From NCBI GenBank assembly GCA_021613535.1, contig CP075496.1:4712001-4776000 (forward strand): a stretch of DNA of 64,000 nt, read 5' to 3'. The stretch comes from Adineta vaga. Its lineage: Eukaryota; Animalia; Rotifera. Of the stretch, positions 36,000 to 49,437 are shown in pieces (the first letter of the stretch is position 1; every line of letters begins with the position of its first letter). Under the pieces are notes generated by a model. The model saw only the letters and a program-made list of their open reading frames with translations. It did no database searches and had not been told where the DNA came from. Made by a program: the position numbers and the translations under genes.

Positions 36000-36635
36000 A
36001 TGGGTAACGTATTAAAAAAAGATCAAGGTAAAGTTAAAGCAACTCCACAACAAGGTGCAATGTATGCACCCTACCAACAACAACCTATGATGCAACAACA
36101 ACAACCTATGATGGCTCAGCAACCACAATTCGTTCAACAACCTATGATGCAAGCGCAACAGCAACCACAATTTGTTCAACAACCTGCTGCATATCGTCCA
36201 GTCATGCATTCCCAACAACAACCTTCCTATCAACCATCATTTCCTAGTGCTCCTTTCATGCCACGTTATAATGTTTCACCACCATTATCACTACCAACTG
36301 GTAATAATCCTGCATCATATTATGAAAATGATGCATTTCTTGCGAATTTAACGGGCTGGTCAATTCAAGATATTGAACGATTACGACATGAATTTCTATC
36401 TTATACAAATTCGTATAATGTTATTGATCGAGAAGGTTTTCGTAAACTTTATGTTGCATCTCTATTGAATATGACATGGGAAGCTTTGGAACGTGACGCT
36501 GAATCAGCATTTCGAAATTTTGATATTAATCAAACAGGTTTCTTAGATTTTAATGAGTATATCACTGCTTGTTCTCGTATGGCAAGAGAATTAAATACAG
36601 GAGCACCTCAATCAAGTCCATCATATAATTACTAA
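36000..36635 (+). CDS. Predicted N-myristoylated, Q/P/M-rich EF-hand protein (NCS-like half, intronless)
   Basis: MGNVLKK start, QQQPMM/QQPQFV repeats and canonical EF loop DINQTGFLDFNE. Confidence 0.8.
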   Translation: MGNVLKKDQGKVKATPQQGAMYAPYQQQPMMQQQQPMMAQQPQFVQQPMMQAQQQPQFVQQPAAYRPVMHSQQQPSYQPSFPSAPFMPRYNVSPPLSLPTGNNPASYYENDAFLANLTGWSIQDIERLRHEFLSYTNSYNVIDREGFRKLYVASLLNMTWEALERDAESAFRNFDINQTGFLDFNEYITACSRMARELNTGAPQSSPSYNY

Positions 36636-36966
36636 ATACCATCATATTTTCTGTATTGATCGATTAGAAAATTAGAAGATTAAAATATATTAACCTTCTC
36701 CCTATGATTACTGTTCAATATAATCAATCTTACTGACGATGGTTTATGACAAAAATTATTTGTCAATATTTACCTTTTTTTGTTTATTGTTACATAGTTT
36801 CTCTCAATATAACTCTTTTCAAAAATGTTTCTTAAAGTGGTATTATAAATAATCACAATTTCTTATCTTTTAGCTTCCCTTATTCAAATTGACTTATCGA
36901 ATACATTGTCATGTTTTATTTGTTTTGTTAACTATAGAAAAAGCAGTGATTAAGAGAAACGATTTT

Positions 36967-39900
36967 TTATTCCTTTCCAATCTGAGATGTCCGTTGATTG
37001 ATAATATGACTTAAATGTTGAAAAAAAAGTCCGATTTGCTCATTATCATTGGTATTAACTTGTACTGCTCTTTGAACAAGCTCGGCCATTCTAGAAAATG
37101 AAAAAGTCACATCCTCAACACCATTAATATATATCATTCAAAGATTAGATTACTCTTCCATATCGGCAAAGTTTCGTATTGGATGAAGTACTTGATTATT
37201 TTCGATTTTAACAAGTAACTGAAATATAAAATAATCATAAAGTTCTACGTATTACAGTGATTATCATTCTCATACTTCATCCGCACGATGAATAACAGCA
37301 TCAGGTAAACCTACAGTCAATGCAGCACTGAATGCTTGACTACGAGTACATAAACCATCAATGACACGATATAAATAGACAAGTTTGCCATCATCATCAT
37401 ACATTGTTTCCATTGTCTAGTAAGCAAAAACATTTGATTGTCGAATTAATTTCTTTTCTTCGATGAACATTTACTTTGCATTGAATTGTCGGACTTATGG
37501 ATATTAAACGTTGTTGAATAAGATCATGAAAATGAGTGGCAACAACAACATGTGGACATGCTTGTTCTGATTTAGACCAAATAGTTATCAATGAAGCTAA
37601 TAACGATGTACCATCAATCTATCAAATATTGAGAAATTATGATTAGAAAAGTTTAAATCATTCTTTATACTTCATTTGTACCAATACCGAACTCATCGAT
37701 CAATACCAATGATCGATTTGTTGCGCCGGCAACAGCAAATGATGTTTCAAATAGATCACGTAAGAAATTCGATACACCCATGGTCAGATGAGTATCTACA
37801 TGAATGTATATAACTTATACAACTATAAAGATTCCACATATAAAACATACCCGTATGGATCTTGACGAATAATTTATCCATTAAACCAAGTCGCATTTTA
37901 TTCGCTGGTACAAAACAACCTTCAATTATTAAAAGAAAAAATGTGTGTACTGATATTATAAGATCGCAAATACTCAACCAATTTGTGCCATATAAACCAA
38001 TAATCCAGTCTAAATTGAACATGAAAGTGTTTCAAGAAAACTTTCTATTCTTACTTGTTTTATATAGATCGTCTTTCCCGAACAATTAAATCCAGTTAGA
38101 ATATGTATATTTGCTCTATCAGGATGTGCATCACTTGTATAACTATTAGGAACAATTGTACTCGTTGGTAATAATGGATGTCTAAAATTTGAAAATGTAA
38201 TTCAATTATTTCAACTTCATAATCGGCTTTTTTCTTCATATAATTAACCTTCCATCAATAATTTCGATTTGATTATTCTCTGACAATTCAGGTCTTGTAT
38301 AATTATTCTGTTCACAAGCAATCAATGCAAATGAGAGTAAACTAAAAATGGAATACATCATTCAATAACTATCTAATGAATGCTGTTTTACCAATCTAGT
38401 TGTGAACATAATTCTGTGACATCAACAAACAATTCTGCACCATCACGAAGAGTCTTCGAAATAAGGAAAAATAACAAGAATTTCAGATTAACATATTTTA
38501 TGTGCATACTAAGGAAAGATTTCGTTTGATAGCGAATTCTTTTGCCAATAATTGTTTTCGTTTTTCTTCTGCTTCTTGTATTGTAACATTCATTTCACAA
38601 GTACGACTAAACGAATGAAAAGTTTTAGTGAATGTATAACATCGATTTACCATCGCCATGTTTGTCCTTGTCGATCATTCCAAATAAGATCATCATGATG
38701 AAATTTTTCACCTTTAATTAATAATGTTGCATTATCCTATGAGAATTTTCGATCCTATCACTTTCATTCTAAAATCTTATTTTGAATTACTTGTGTTAAT
38801 GCATAATTAGTATCAATTCCACATTGTAAGAGAAGATTATTTGCATATTCAGTTTGTTGACGAAGTTTTATATTCAATTGAACTAGATCTTGACGTACTA
38901 GAAATCAATCGAAATACAATTATATCGGTAATCGTTGAATGACTTGTTGTACATACATTGTTCAAGATCAGGATCAGTTGAATCAACGAATACAATACGA
39001 TTATCACGTATACTTCGGTGTAAATCAATCTATGTAAACCAAAATCAGGATGAGTAAGTTTTTGCTCAATGATTATAGAATGTTTCTATCGCTATTTGCA
39101 AAATTCTTCTCGTTTTATACGTACACTTGTTTCAATAACATTTAATAATCTTGGTAAATCATCAGTTAATTTTGTACAGAAATCATCAAAAAAGTAAGTA
39201 TTCATTCGAAATGGAACTAATGCCATACGTATTCGAAGTGTGGTTCCTAACGACTAAAATCAATCGTTCATTTATTCTTTCATCAATTCAAATCGAAAGA
39301 TTTTTACTTCAATTATTTGTTTCCATATAGAAGTTTTTGTATTTTGATCAAATAATTTTCTCAATAAAGTCTAATAGATGAAAGATTTCATTTTTGTTTT
39401 GGAATAGAATCAACTTACAGGAATATTCACAATTGGCTTTAAATAATCACGTAATGTTCGCATTAATTCATGTTGATTCGGATCAAGAAAGAATTGTATA
39501 ACATCATAACGACGTTCTAATATCTCAGGTGATCGACATGGTTTCAAACACCATGATCTAAATAAAATTTAGACAATCGAAGACATTTTCGAAAATAACA
39601 AATCATATCTTTTCACCTTAATTTTCGATTACCAATGGATGATACGCATCGTTTTAGAAAAGCTTTTGATCAAAGAACAATACAATTAATAATATGTGAA
39701 ACTCTCTTGTTTTCCTAATTACCGAAAAGACTATTGACTTCTCGAAGATTATTTGTCGTATTTGCTTTATAGATCGATGGATGAACAGTTGGATTGAATA
39801 TCTCCAATGCTCTAAATAAACACGAAAAATATTCAATAAATTTTAAAAAAATCAAGTTATTCTTTTGTACCGAAATGTAAACGGATGAACTATCATGAGA

Positions 39901-40814
39901 GCATTTCTTATAGATAAAAGAAATATGAATTCATCATCGGTATTTCAATTTCATTCTTACAAATCATATGGACGTAGAGCAAGAATATTTCCTGCAAGAA
40001 AATCAAATTCATACGATAGAACTGGACAACGTTCTTCAATAACTGGTAAAAGACCACCAATAGCACTTAACTAAATAGACACGTATTTGGCGACGAAATT
40101 TGATAAGAATAAGTTATACATACAGTATTTGGTAAATTAAAAGGCATTTTTGCTGAAATATACGTTCGTTTCTTTTCATCTGTATCACATGATAATGGAT
40201 AGAGAGATTTTAATGTTAAAATTGTTCTTTCAACCGTATCTTTGTCTATTTAAAAGCAAGATTTCTTATTTAATTCAATGATTATATTTACGAAAATAAG
40301 CTTGTGGAACCAATTGTAATTTTGCATTAGTAACGGTAGTAGTCGTCGTAGTTTGATTAGCATCAACTAGGATAAATCAAACAAATTGAAAAATTAGAAA
40401 GATTCTCTTTTCTTTAATTCACTTGTTTGTATATTGAGATGATCATTCAAAGCTTTATAATATTCATCACTTGTTTTAGCTGAACAAATAACCATCGATG
40501 GTTGAATATCCGTGAGAACTAAATGATGAACTATTTGATAAAGAAATTCTCGTTTTTTTTTCTTGAGAAAATTTTCTACTCTGTTGAGTGATATCAAAAC
40601 GTGATGTTTCTTCAACATCAGGAATAAAATAAATAATTGCTGATGATGAATCATAAAATGCAGCACCAAGTTTATTATGTGCAAAAAATACACTGAGGTA
40701 AATCTTTAAAAAACGAAATTTTGCTTTAAAAAAACTCACAAACTTAACATCAACTACCTGAATATGATGAGTATCTAGATCAGATGTGATCGATGTATGA
40801 TCATCTTGAAGCAT
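36967..40814 (-). CDS. MSH5: MutS homologue 5 (~26 exons, intact frame)
   Basis: MSH5-type N-terminus LGAAFYDSSSAIIYFIPD and ALEIFNPTVHPSIYK. Walker A LTGFNCSGKT, Walker B LVLIDEFGIGT, CPHVVVATHF and YLYRVIDG...GLPDAVIHRA. No MSH6-type mismatch-binding domain. Confidence 0.9.
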
Positions 40815-41549
40815 AATTTCAAATAGAATAAATAAAAAACGTTCATTCGTTGAATTTTATCGACTAACTATAGCCACGTGATAGACATACACATTTGGTC
40901 ATTTGAACATAGAAATAACTATGAATAGTCATTGAATTTATCAAGGGTTTTTTATATAGAATGAAAATATATTTCATTATTATTGCTTGACTCGAATTCT
41001 ATCTGATTTCACATAGAAAACAATATATCCGGTTGTTTAGTCGAACCGATCTCATAAGAGACAATACTTTATGAATAATTTATTAGTAGAATAGGAATGA
41101 TTTTGAAAGATTAAATTTAATAGATATTCTTTATCATACAATGTCCTTGATAGGCATTTCGAATAGCTAGTTGATAATATAGAATACAATAACAATAGTA
41201 CGAAGGTCATTACGATTCTCTTTCTTTCTTTATCTACAAATCGTCATGCAAACGAAGCAAATAATCGTAAAAACACGTTTCTACCACAACGATCGAATCA
41301 TTTTATCTCTAGTCATACTCTTTCCCTTCGTTATCGCTCGTATCTAGTTTTAAAAATCACGCCTTGAGTGCGTGTTACGTGCATCTGCTGCCTATTTTAT
41401 CAGTTTTTATTCGTGTTTCATCACCCACACAATCGTACCCGTACAAAGTTGATGATATAAGTACGAACATAAAAAAGTACGATCGATAGATAGTGTGTGT
41501 CCGTGTGTGTGTGCTTTACGTAGATTAGTTTGCGGCAATACTGTGCAAA

Positions 41550-42347
41550 ATGACAAAAGGTTTATCTGCATCGAATACTAGTAATACTTCATCTATAAAC
41601 ATAACGAATCAATCTGATGAAATCCGTCAATTATGGTTAACAGCAGATTGTGTTTGTTTTGATGTTGATTCAACAGTATGTACGGAAGAAGCAATTGATG
41701 AATTAGCAAAATTTCAAAAAGTTGGTGCTTTAGTTGAAGCTATTACACGAAATGCTATGGGTGGAAATATGAGTTTTCGTACAGCATTACAAGCACGTCT
41801 CAATCTTATTCGACCAACACAACAAAACTTAGAGCAATTTGTTACAACTCATCCATCAGAATTAACAAATGGAATTGCCGAATTAATTGATTTGTTACAT
41901 GAACGTAACATTCCAGTGTATTTAATAACAGGTGGTTTTCATTCTATTGTTGATCCTGTAGCTGAAACATTGAATATTCCATTAAAAAATGTTTTTGCTA
42001 ATCAATTATTATTTAATAAAGATGGATCTTATGCTGGTTTTGATGAAGAAGAAATGACATCTGATTCCGGTGGCAAAGGTCGTGCTATTGAATATTTAAA
42101 AGCTAAATTTGGTTATCAACGTTTAATTATGATTGGTGATGGTGCAACTGATATGGAAGCCGATGCCGATGGTTTTATTGGTTTCGGTGGAAATGTTGTA
42201 CGAGAATTAGTTCGAGATAATGCAACATGGTTTGTTAATTCGTTCTATGTACTGATTGATGAACTTCGAAATAATTTAATAACAACCGCTCCACATCATC
42301 GATCGTTAACAACACGAAAGTATTCCACAGAAATTGAAGCAACCTAA
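41550..42347 (+). CDS. PSPH: Phosphoserine phosphatase (HAD family, intronless)
   Basis: FDVDSTV motif I, LITGGF, SGGKG and IGDGATD. Confidence 0.93.
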   Translation: MTKGLSASNTSNTSSINITNQSDEIRQLWLTADCVCFDVDSTVCTEEAIDELAKFQKVGALVEAITRNAMGGNMSFRTALQARLNLIRPTQQNLEQFVTTHPSELTNGIAELIDLLHERNIPVYLITGGFHSIVDPVAETLNIPLKNVFANQLLFNKDGSYAGFDEEEMTSDSGGKGRAIEYLKAKFGYQRLIMIGDGATDMEADADGFIGFGGNVVRELVRDNATWFVNSFYVLIDELRNNLITTAPHHRSLTTRKYSTEIEAT

Positions 42348-43112
42348 CAAAAAACATTCATTAGTTTTGTATTCTATTAGAGTCAATTGTTTTTTGTCTT
42401 ATATTTTATTTAACTCTTAAACGAGTTAATGAATAAAAAAATCAGATCCCAGCATATGTAAAGAAATGATCTGTTTTACATACGATTTTTTTCTTGAAAT
42501 GTACGATAAACAGAGTGAATTCAGGACTTAATTTTACTTTACAAATATCGATAGAACTCTAGATTTCTATCATCTAGGCTTAAAAAACTAAATTTTTAGT
42601 ACTTTCATAACTAAGAAAAGTACAACACTGATAGATAGGATATGTATTCCAAGAAAATATGCTAAAAAACGATAAAGCGAAGACGAATTTAATTGAATCT
42701 TGATATTCTATAAATAATTGGATAGAAAATCTAGCTGTCAAAAAGCATAATAAATGCGTCTGTCAATATGTGTCGTTCTCTCCGCATAATTGATTTTCAC
42801 AGATGTGAATAAAATAATGATAAAATTAATTTGATTTTTGAACGAGCACAATAAGAATACAAGATGATAAAAACGTTTTCATCGATATTCATCATTTATC
42901 ATGATAAAACTTTCGCTTGTTTCAATGTGAAGAAACTGAAGGTTTAAACTATATGTATAATTATGGTTTTATTTCACATAAGTTAAAGTGAAGTAATGAG
43001 AAAAATCAAATGTATGTATATGTATATAAATATATTTGTATGAATAAAAGGAGTTTTTTTTCTGTTATGAAAAGAAAAATCAAATTAAATTTTGGAAAAA
43101 AAAGAAACCATG

Positions 43113-44947
43113 TTAATTGAATTTAGTTGCAGCAGCTCGTTGATGAAGTGTACCTTCGTTTGAACCTGTTTCCATTGGATGAACACGAGTATTATGATTG
43201 CGTGGACTAAGTTTTCGTCCTCCACTTGAATATTGTTGCGTAGGCCAACCATTTTCATAATCATCATCCGATATTTTACCATTTTTATTCATAACTGGAC
43301 TTGACATTCTTGTCGATACAGCAGTTGATGGTCGACTTGTATCACTACTACTGCTTGATTTGTTATTTTTACTAGCCGATGGATCTTCTTCTTTTTCAAG
43401 AATACCAACTTTACGACCAATCCAACGAAATTTAGCAACAATTTCTTCTTGCATTAAATCAAAACACATAGCTAATATGGCCATACCGAAAAGTACATAG
43501 ATTGCACCAAGAATAAGTTTAAAAGCAGGATCATCTTTTCGTTGACCAGGTACCTATGATGAAATTTGTGAACTTAATCCTTGAAAGAATAGATTCGCTT
43601 TAAAAATGACTTACAAAATCACCAAATCCAATTGTTGCTAAAATAATAGAAGAGAAAAGACTTTTATGGTTTCTATTCTTCAAATTTTTCTACAAACTTT
43701 TACCTAGTGTAATAAAACAAAAGTATCCAGCTTCAGTCATATCCCATTGCTCAAAACTATGAAAGATCATTGATCCAGCCCAAATATAAAATGCAATAAT
43801 ACACATTGTTATTGTCAATGGTACTGTGACACGTTGACCATCCAATAGTTCATTTTCATCTGGTTCAGCTTGATTTATTGATGAATTTGCTGGTTGTTTC
43901 TTTTCTGACGAATCAGGATTATTATCATCTACTTCCCATCCACCACCATTTCCTCGATTATTATTATTGTTCATACCATTTTCTTCTAATATAGCTTTTC
44001 GTGCTAATGCTCGACGTCTTTTCATCATATAACAAGCTCCACAACAGATTCTTGCATATAAAAATCGAAACATTTCTCCCAAAACACCACTAATATTTGC
44101 AATGCATAAGAGAAAGATTGGAATACCTGAGCAAAACTAATCATATTGAAGAAAACAACGACGACTAACAACAATAAGAACTTTCTTACCGATTGTAGCA
44201 TAACATATGCAACAGACTTGACCTTCCCCTATAAAATATTAAATATTTTTCAAAGAAAATGTCATGAAACAAAGTACAACTTCTCTTACATGTCATTGGT
44301 CTAGAAGGAGAAGAGAAAAAAAAGAGTGAAATAAAGAAATTAGTTTTTTGTTATTTTAATCTTTCTTACGTGATATTTCCATAGCCAATTGTTGTAATAA
44401 TTGTAATTGCAAACAATAATGAATTTGCAAATGTCCACTTAACAACTGAACAACTATCACCATAATATCGATATTTTGTTCCAGTTGTTATAATAAATTC
44501 TCGATAATTGGTTAACATTAGTGCAAGTTTTTCATAGGCAACTGTTTGATTATCTCTCTCTAAGACATAAGTTGCGCTTGGCAAAGTTACTAGTGATGTT
44601 GTTGTTGTATTGTATTGTATATAGGAGACAATTTTTTGCTTGAGTTTCATTATTTGTATACGATGTTCACCTTCAGCTTCTTGACAATTTAATTTTTCTT
44701 GATGTTGTTCAAGTAATTCGAATAGGAATCCCCCAGCGACGGCATAAACAACAACAAGACCAACGAGACCAACGTGTGATACAAGAAATTTTGCTGATTT
44801 CTTCAAAATATGTCGACCTTTGGATGTTTCAATTTCATCTAATTCACGATGATTTTGATTACTTGAATAATCATTACCACCCATTGATGAGAGATGATTT
44901 CGTTGTATATTACCATAGTCATCGACAGAATCTTGATATTTAGACAT
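43113..44947 (-). CDS. Two-pore-domain potassium channel (K2P/TWK-like)
   Basis: P1 TIITTIGYGNIT and P2 FITLATIGFGDFVPG, four TM segments and a cap domain. Assembly requires 11-nt and 23-nt microexons. Confidence 0.9.
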
Positions 44948-46290
44948 CCTTTTGTTTTTCTTAGTTTTTCCAATCTAAACACACTCAACTAACAAGAAAA
45001 AAAGAAAAAAGTAATCTAATAAATTCATCCTGAAAAAAAACAACTCACGGAGTCCTTTTTTATTATTAGTTTTCTCTATTTTACTTGAATTTTCTATACA
45101 CATATATGTCGATCTCATTCGGTAAATGTTGTCTAAGTTTTCTCTTTCACCTCTCTTTCTCTCGTTTTTCGGCGACATTCGCTAGCTTTATATATATATA
45201 TGAGAAAAAATTGATTTGGATAGAGAAGAAAAAGAAAGGAGCTAGTGTCTCTCGGTAGAGACCTGTCGTTTTCTCATTTTCTGGTAATTTTTTTTCTCCA
45301 TATCGTATTCATCTACATATATATATATACAAATGTTTACCATCAGTTACTTCCGATGCCGACGACACCTAAAACAACTCGACCGGTGTGTTGTGTATAA
45401 TCAAGAGAAAAGATCATAAATATTTTAGTGCGTTTATTCAATTCTTGATAAAAAACAATAGAAAGAAAAGCAACTAAATCAAGTAGAAAACTAGTTGATT
45501 TTGCTAGTTAACTGAAAAAGACTTGTCGAAGTGAAGCTTATTCGAGTGAAACAACACAAAAAATATAAATAAGATTAGTATAGAGTCATGCAACAATCAT
45601 AATGACTTCAATCGATGTTACTATGTCAATAAGCTATAGGTTTTCTTTTTTTGAATACTTCAAAATAGAAAACTAATAAAACATCATTTTTGTTTTCTAA
45701 TATCGAAAATATCTGTTGAATATAATAAACATAAACGTTCTATGCTGTTGATATAGATTTATTCAAGACAGAAAAACACAATATTCGCAATCAGTCGGTA
45801 ACTATTCAGGTACAATAGTACCAACCGTCTTCGAGCGACATGCTCCATAATATTCGTCATTGGTTTATTGTATTTTTGTTTGATTGATTTTTTTTCATAC
45901 CGTCGTATCTTCTTCTTTCTTTCACTAACCTCAAACTTAAATTGATTTGATTATTTATCTAATGAATGACATTATTGTGATTTTTATGTATGCAATATTT
46001 TGGGGATTATCGTCGAAAGATTTATGTTATTCTTATTCTGTTCTTTCTTCTTATCTATTTAAAACTTTATTCAAAAAGTAACGACAAGAATAGAAAACAA
46101 CTATCATCATCATCATCATCAGGTCTGATGTCATTTTTTACCTATATCTTATATAGTGTATTTCTTTTGTCTTCTTCTTCTTCTTCTTCATTTTTGCCTT
46201 CGCTTACATCATTTAAAAGATAACATAAACAACGACTGATATACATCGAGAGAAAAAAGACTTGTTCTTTTTATTATTTTAGAACTCAAC

Positions 46291-47670
46291 ATGAATCACG
46301 CTCATAATCACGTCGCTCCAAGTACAACTCCAATGAGCGATCATGATCATCATATGATGGAACATATGTCTCAAACAAATGCAATGCAGACTGGACATGG
46401 ACTTCATATGAAAGATATGATGATGATGGCAGTGAGTATTTACTTCTTTTTGAAGAAAACATTTTTACTGTCTAATGATGACATATGAGAAAGGGTTTTT
46501 TTTCTTAGTTTCAAAATGATTTTTGCTTTGTTTTTCATTACAATGCAAAAATAGAATAGTTTTAATGGAGAACTTGATTGGACCAGTACAAAAGATGAAT
46601 TATATTGTGAAATCATTAGAGAGTAAATGGAATGGCTTGTGATATTGTAGTTTTGTTGAGTATAGTTTCTAATAGCAGAATTAAATTGTTTTTTTTTACA
46701 ATTGAGAGTCATTTGATATAATGTCAATGGAAAGTATCACAATTCTGACATCATACTATTTTTTTTTGAATTAATAAGTCATACATTGATAGTTTAAATA
46801 TCAAGTAAAAAACAAGAGCAAAAACCTTGCATCTAACCAAAATATCGTTCATATCATTAATTTATCAAAGAAAATATGACACATTTGTACATATTCTGGA
46901 GCATAATCTCTATAAATCTTGTTAAATAATCTTGACTTTGTCTGTTGTTTTCTCAAAGATGACTTTTCATGGCGGTTATACTGAACAAATTCTATTCGAT
47001 CAATGGAATACGAAAACAATCGGTGGTAAATGTTTTCCAATAAATTCTCTTCAAAATAATTCCTTATTTTTCATCAAGCTTTTGTTGGTTCTTGGTTTGC
47101 CGTATTTTTAATTGCTATTCTTTATGAAGCATTAAAATCTGTACGAGATAGTTTAACAAGACGTGATTCCTGTGCAACATGTTCCCCTACGCAAACTCCT
47201 CAACGAACTGTGTAAGTTTATTTGCTATTCTTTTCATAGAAAACTCAATTAATTCGCTTTATTTAAATATTCATATGATTTATTTGCTTAATAAAAATGA
47301 TTTTTTCTTCTTCTCTTAACTGCTTTCATAGTAATCGCTCAGAGGATGAACATCCAGATTTTTCTCATCATCATCATACAATACGGTGAGAATTGATTCA
47401 TTAGTTATATAAAATTTATTCGAATAATAACTTATTTAATACCATCGTTGTTATTATTATTTATATAGGGCTCGTTTATTAAGTATTCCACATATTGTTC
47501 AAACATTATTACATATTCTTCAAATGACTATTAGTTATGGACTGATGCTTATCGCTATGACATATAATACTTATTTGTTTTTCGCAGTGATACTAGGTGC
47601 AGGTATGGGACACTTTCTATTCGGTTGGCGCCGTTCATCTGCTATCGATTATAATGATCACTGCCATTAA
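46291..47670 (+). CDS. SLC31A1: High-affinity copper transporter CTR1
   Basis: His/Met-rich N-terminus, MTFHGG...LFDQW, LYEALK, MLIAM (MxxxM), GAGMG and C-terminal HCH. Five exons. Confidence 0.92.
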
Positions 47671-48428
47671 CATATCTAAAGACTGCAAAATGAGAATTTT
47701 CTTCTTTTTTTTTGTAATTCCTTCATATTACTATTGTTATTTACTTTAATCAAAATGTCTTTTCATCATTCTAATTGTTACGATTCATACTCTATTTTGC
47801 TAGTTTCAGTGACAATGAATTATTCCAAATTGTATTCAACAGTTGACTTTGTTTCATAGATGTATATTCTTTTGTATGGAATCAAATAAAAAAACAACGT
47901 AATTTTGACATGAAAATATCCTTTTATTACGTGACAATAATAGTCAAAGTCTGCTTCATTTTGATCGAGGATAGAAGTTGCAATTACGATTCTTCCTAAT
48001 GTTTTCCGTACTGGAATTAATTATTTTGATATGAAGTGCGTCATATAGTCGTGCAAGAGTTTTTCTCAGGTCATGAAATCATTTTAAGGATCCTATTACT
48101 TTTGCCGATACGGTTGTTCATATTCTGTCTAGTCTCATATACCTTAATATGGAAAAGAAAAGCTTTTTATAAATGACAGAAAATGCAAAGTATTGGAGAA
48201 AAAAAATTTCGTCTTTTTTCTAATTACAACTATAGATATCAATTTTCTTCGAGAACATTACAGATCAACATACAATAATTGTGTACAATTATCTTTCTAA
48301 CGAAGAGTTATATATGCATATAATTGTTCATTATAAATCATGTTTTTATATAGATTTTATTTTTTTGTTTTTGAAAAAAAATAGAACTAAGAAAAAAGAA
48401 AGAAATGAAATGTATATGATCAAGTTGA

Positions 48429-49263
48429 TTATTTCTTTTGAACCTAAAGAAAAGAAACGAGATATCAATTGGAAAATTCTTCGTTCAAATCGAAATCATA
48501 CCGGTAGATATAATTTGAATTCCGGCGGTAATTCATCTTCGGAATAGAGTCGATCCGAGAAGTAAACACGTCGAATACGACAGTTAGCATGAATCTAAAA
48601 TAGAATATTATTGCGATCTTTTTCAATAAATCATTCATTTGTAAGAATAGATATACTTGAACTCGAAGTGTTTCAATATAATTTGTACCATAAGCACGTC
48701 GAGTAAAATCAGATAAATTGAATTGAATTTGATTCCATCCATCATCCAAACGCATTGGCATTGTACAGATAAATGGTTTTACACGCGTAGTTGATTGATA
48801 ATTACTCGCTCGAAATCGACGACGAACATTTCGATCATCAAGAACCTAGAATTTAGAAGATAAAGTTGACAAAGGATAGAATGAGGATGATTTGTCTAAC
48901 TTGAACTTCAAATGTAAAATATTTCTTTAAATTTTTAATGATCATAACAAGAAATGGTAATTTAATGCCAAGAGTTTTTTTTGGATCAGCTGGACATGTG
49001 ACGTATGTTGTGCTCACATTTGTCCCAACTATTTCCAAAACAAGCGATTGAATTTCATTATCTGTAATTCTTTTGATATGTCCATTACGTACCTAGAGAA
49101 AAAAATATCGATATAAACAAATGTCAATGTCCTTCTTTTTTCTTGTATATATCTCTTTATCAAATAGCAAATAACATACCTTCTTGTCCCAAATTTGTAA
49201 GGGCTTACTACCGATACTATATAATATGGAAAGAAAACCACTTTGAAATGTATTTTTGAACAT
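48429..49263 (-). CDS. CFAP20: Cilia- and flagella-associated protein 20 (BUG22)
   Basis: [27 protein letters not shown]...[27 protein letters not shown]...[17 protein letters not shown]. Five exons. Confidence 0.96.
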
Positions 49264-49424
49264 ATCTTAAAAAGAATAAATGAATAGTGAGTAGAAAAAG
49301 AATTCGTTTGTAGCAAGTTAGATCGTCATAGATACTTCAGTCACTCTGGAAACACAATGTTGATCGACGACAACGAAGACTATTTATTTCTTTCTTTTTT
49401 TTCCTTTTTAAATATGGCTAAAGT

Positions 49425-49437
49425 ATCACCTAGTAAC
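49425..49437. promoter_or_regulatory. Candidate RFX X-box upstream of CFAP20
   Basis: ATCACCTAGTAAC resembles GTTRCCTAGYAAC and lies ~160 bp upstream of the start of a ciliary gene. Confidence 0.45.
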
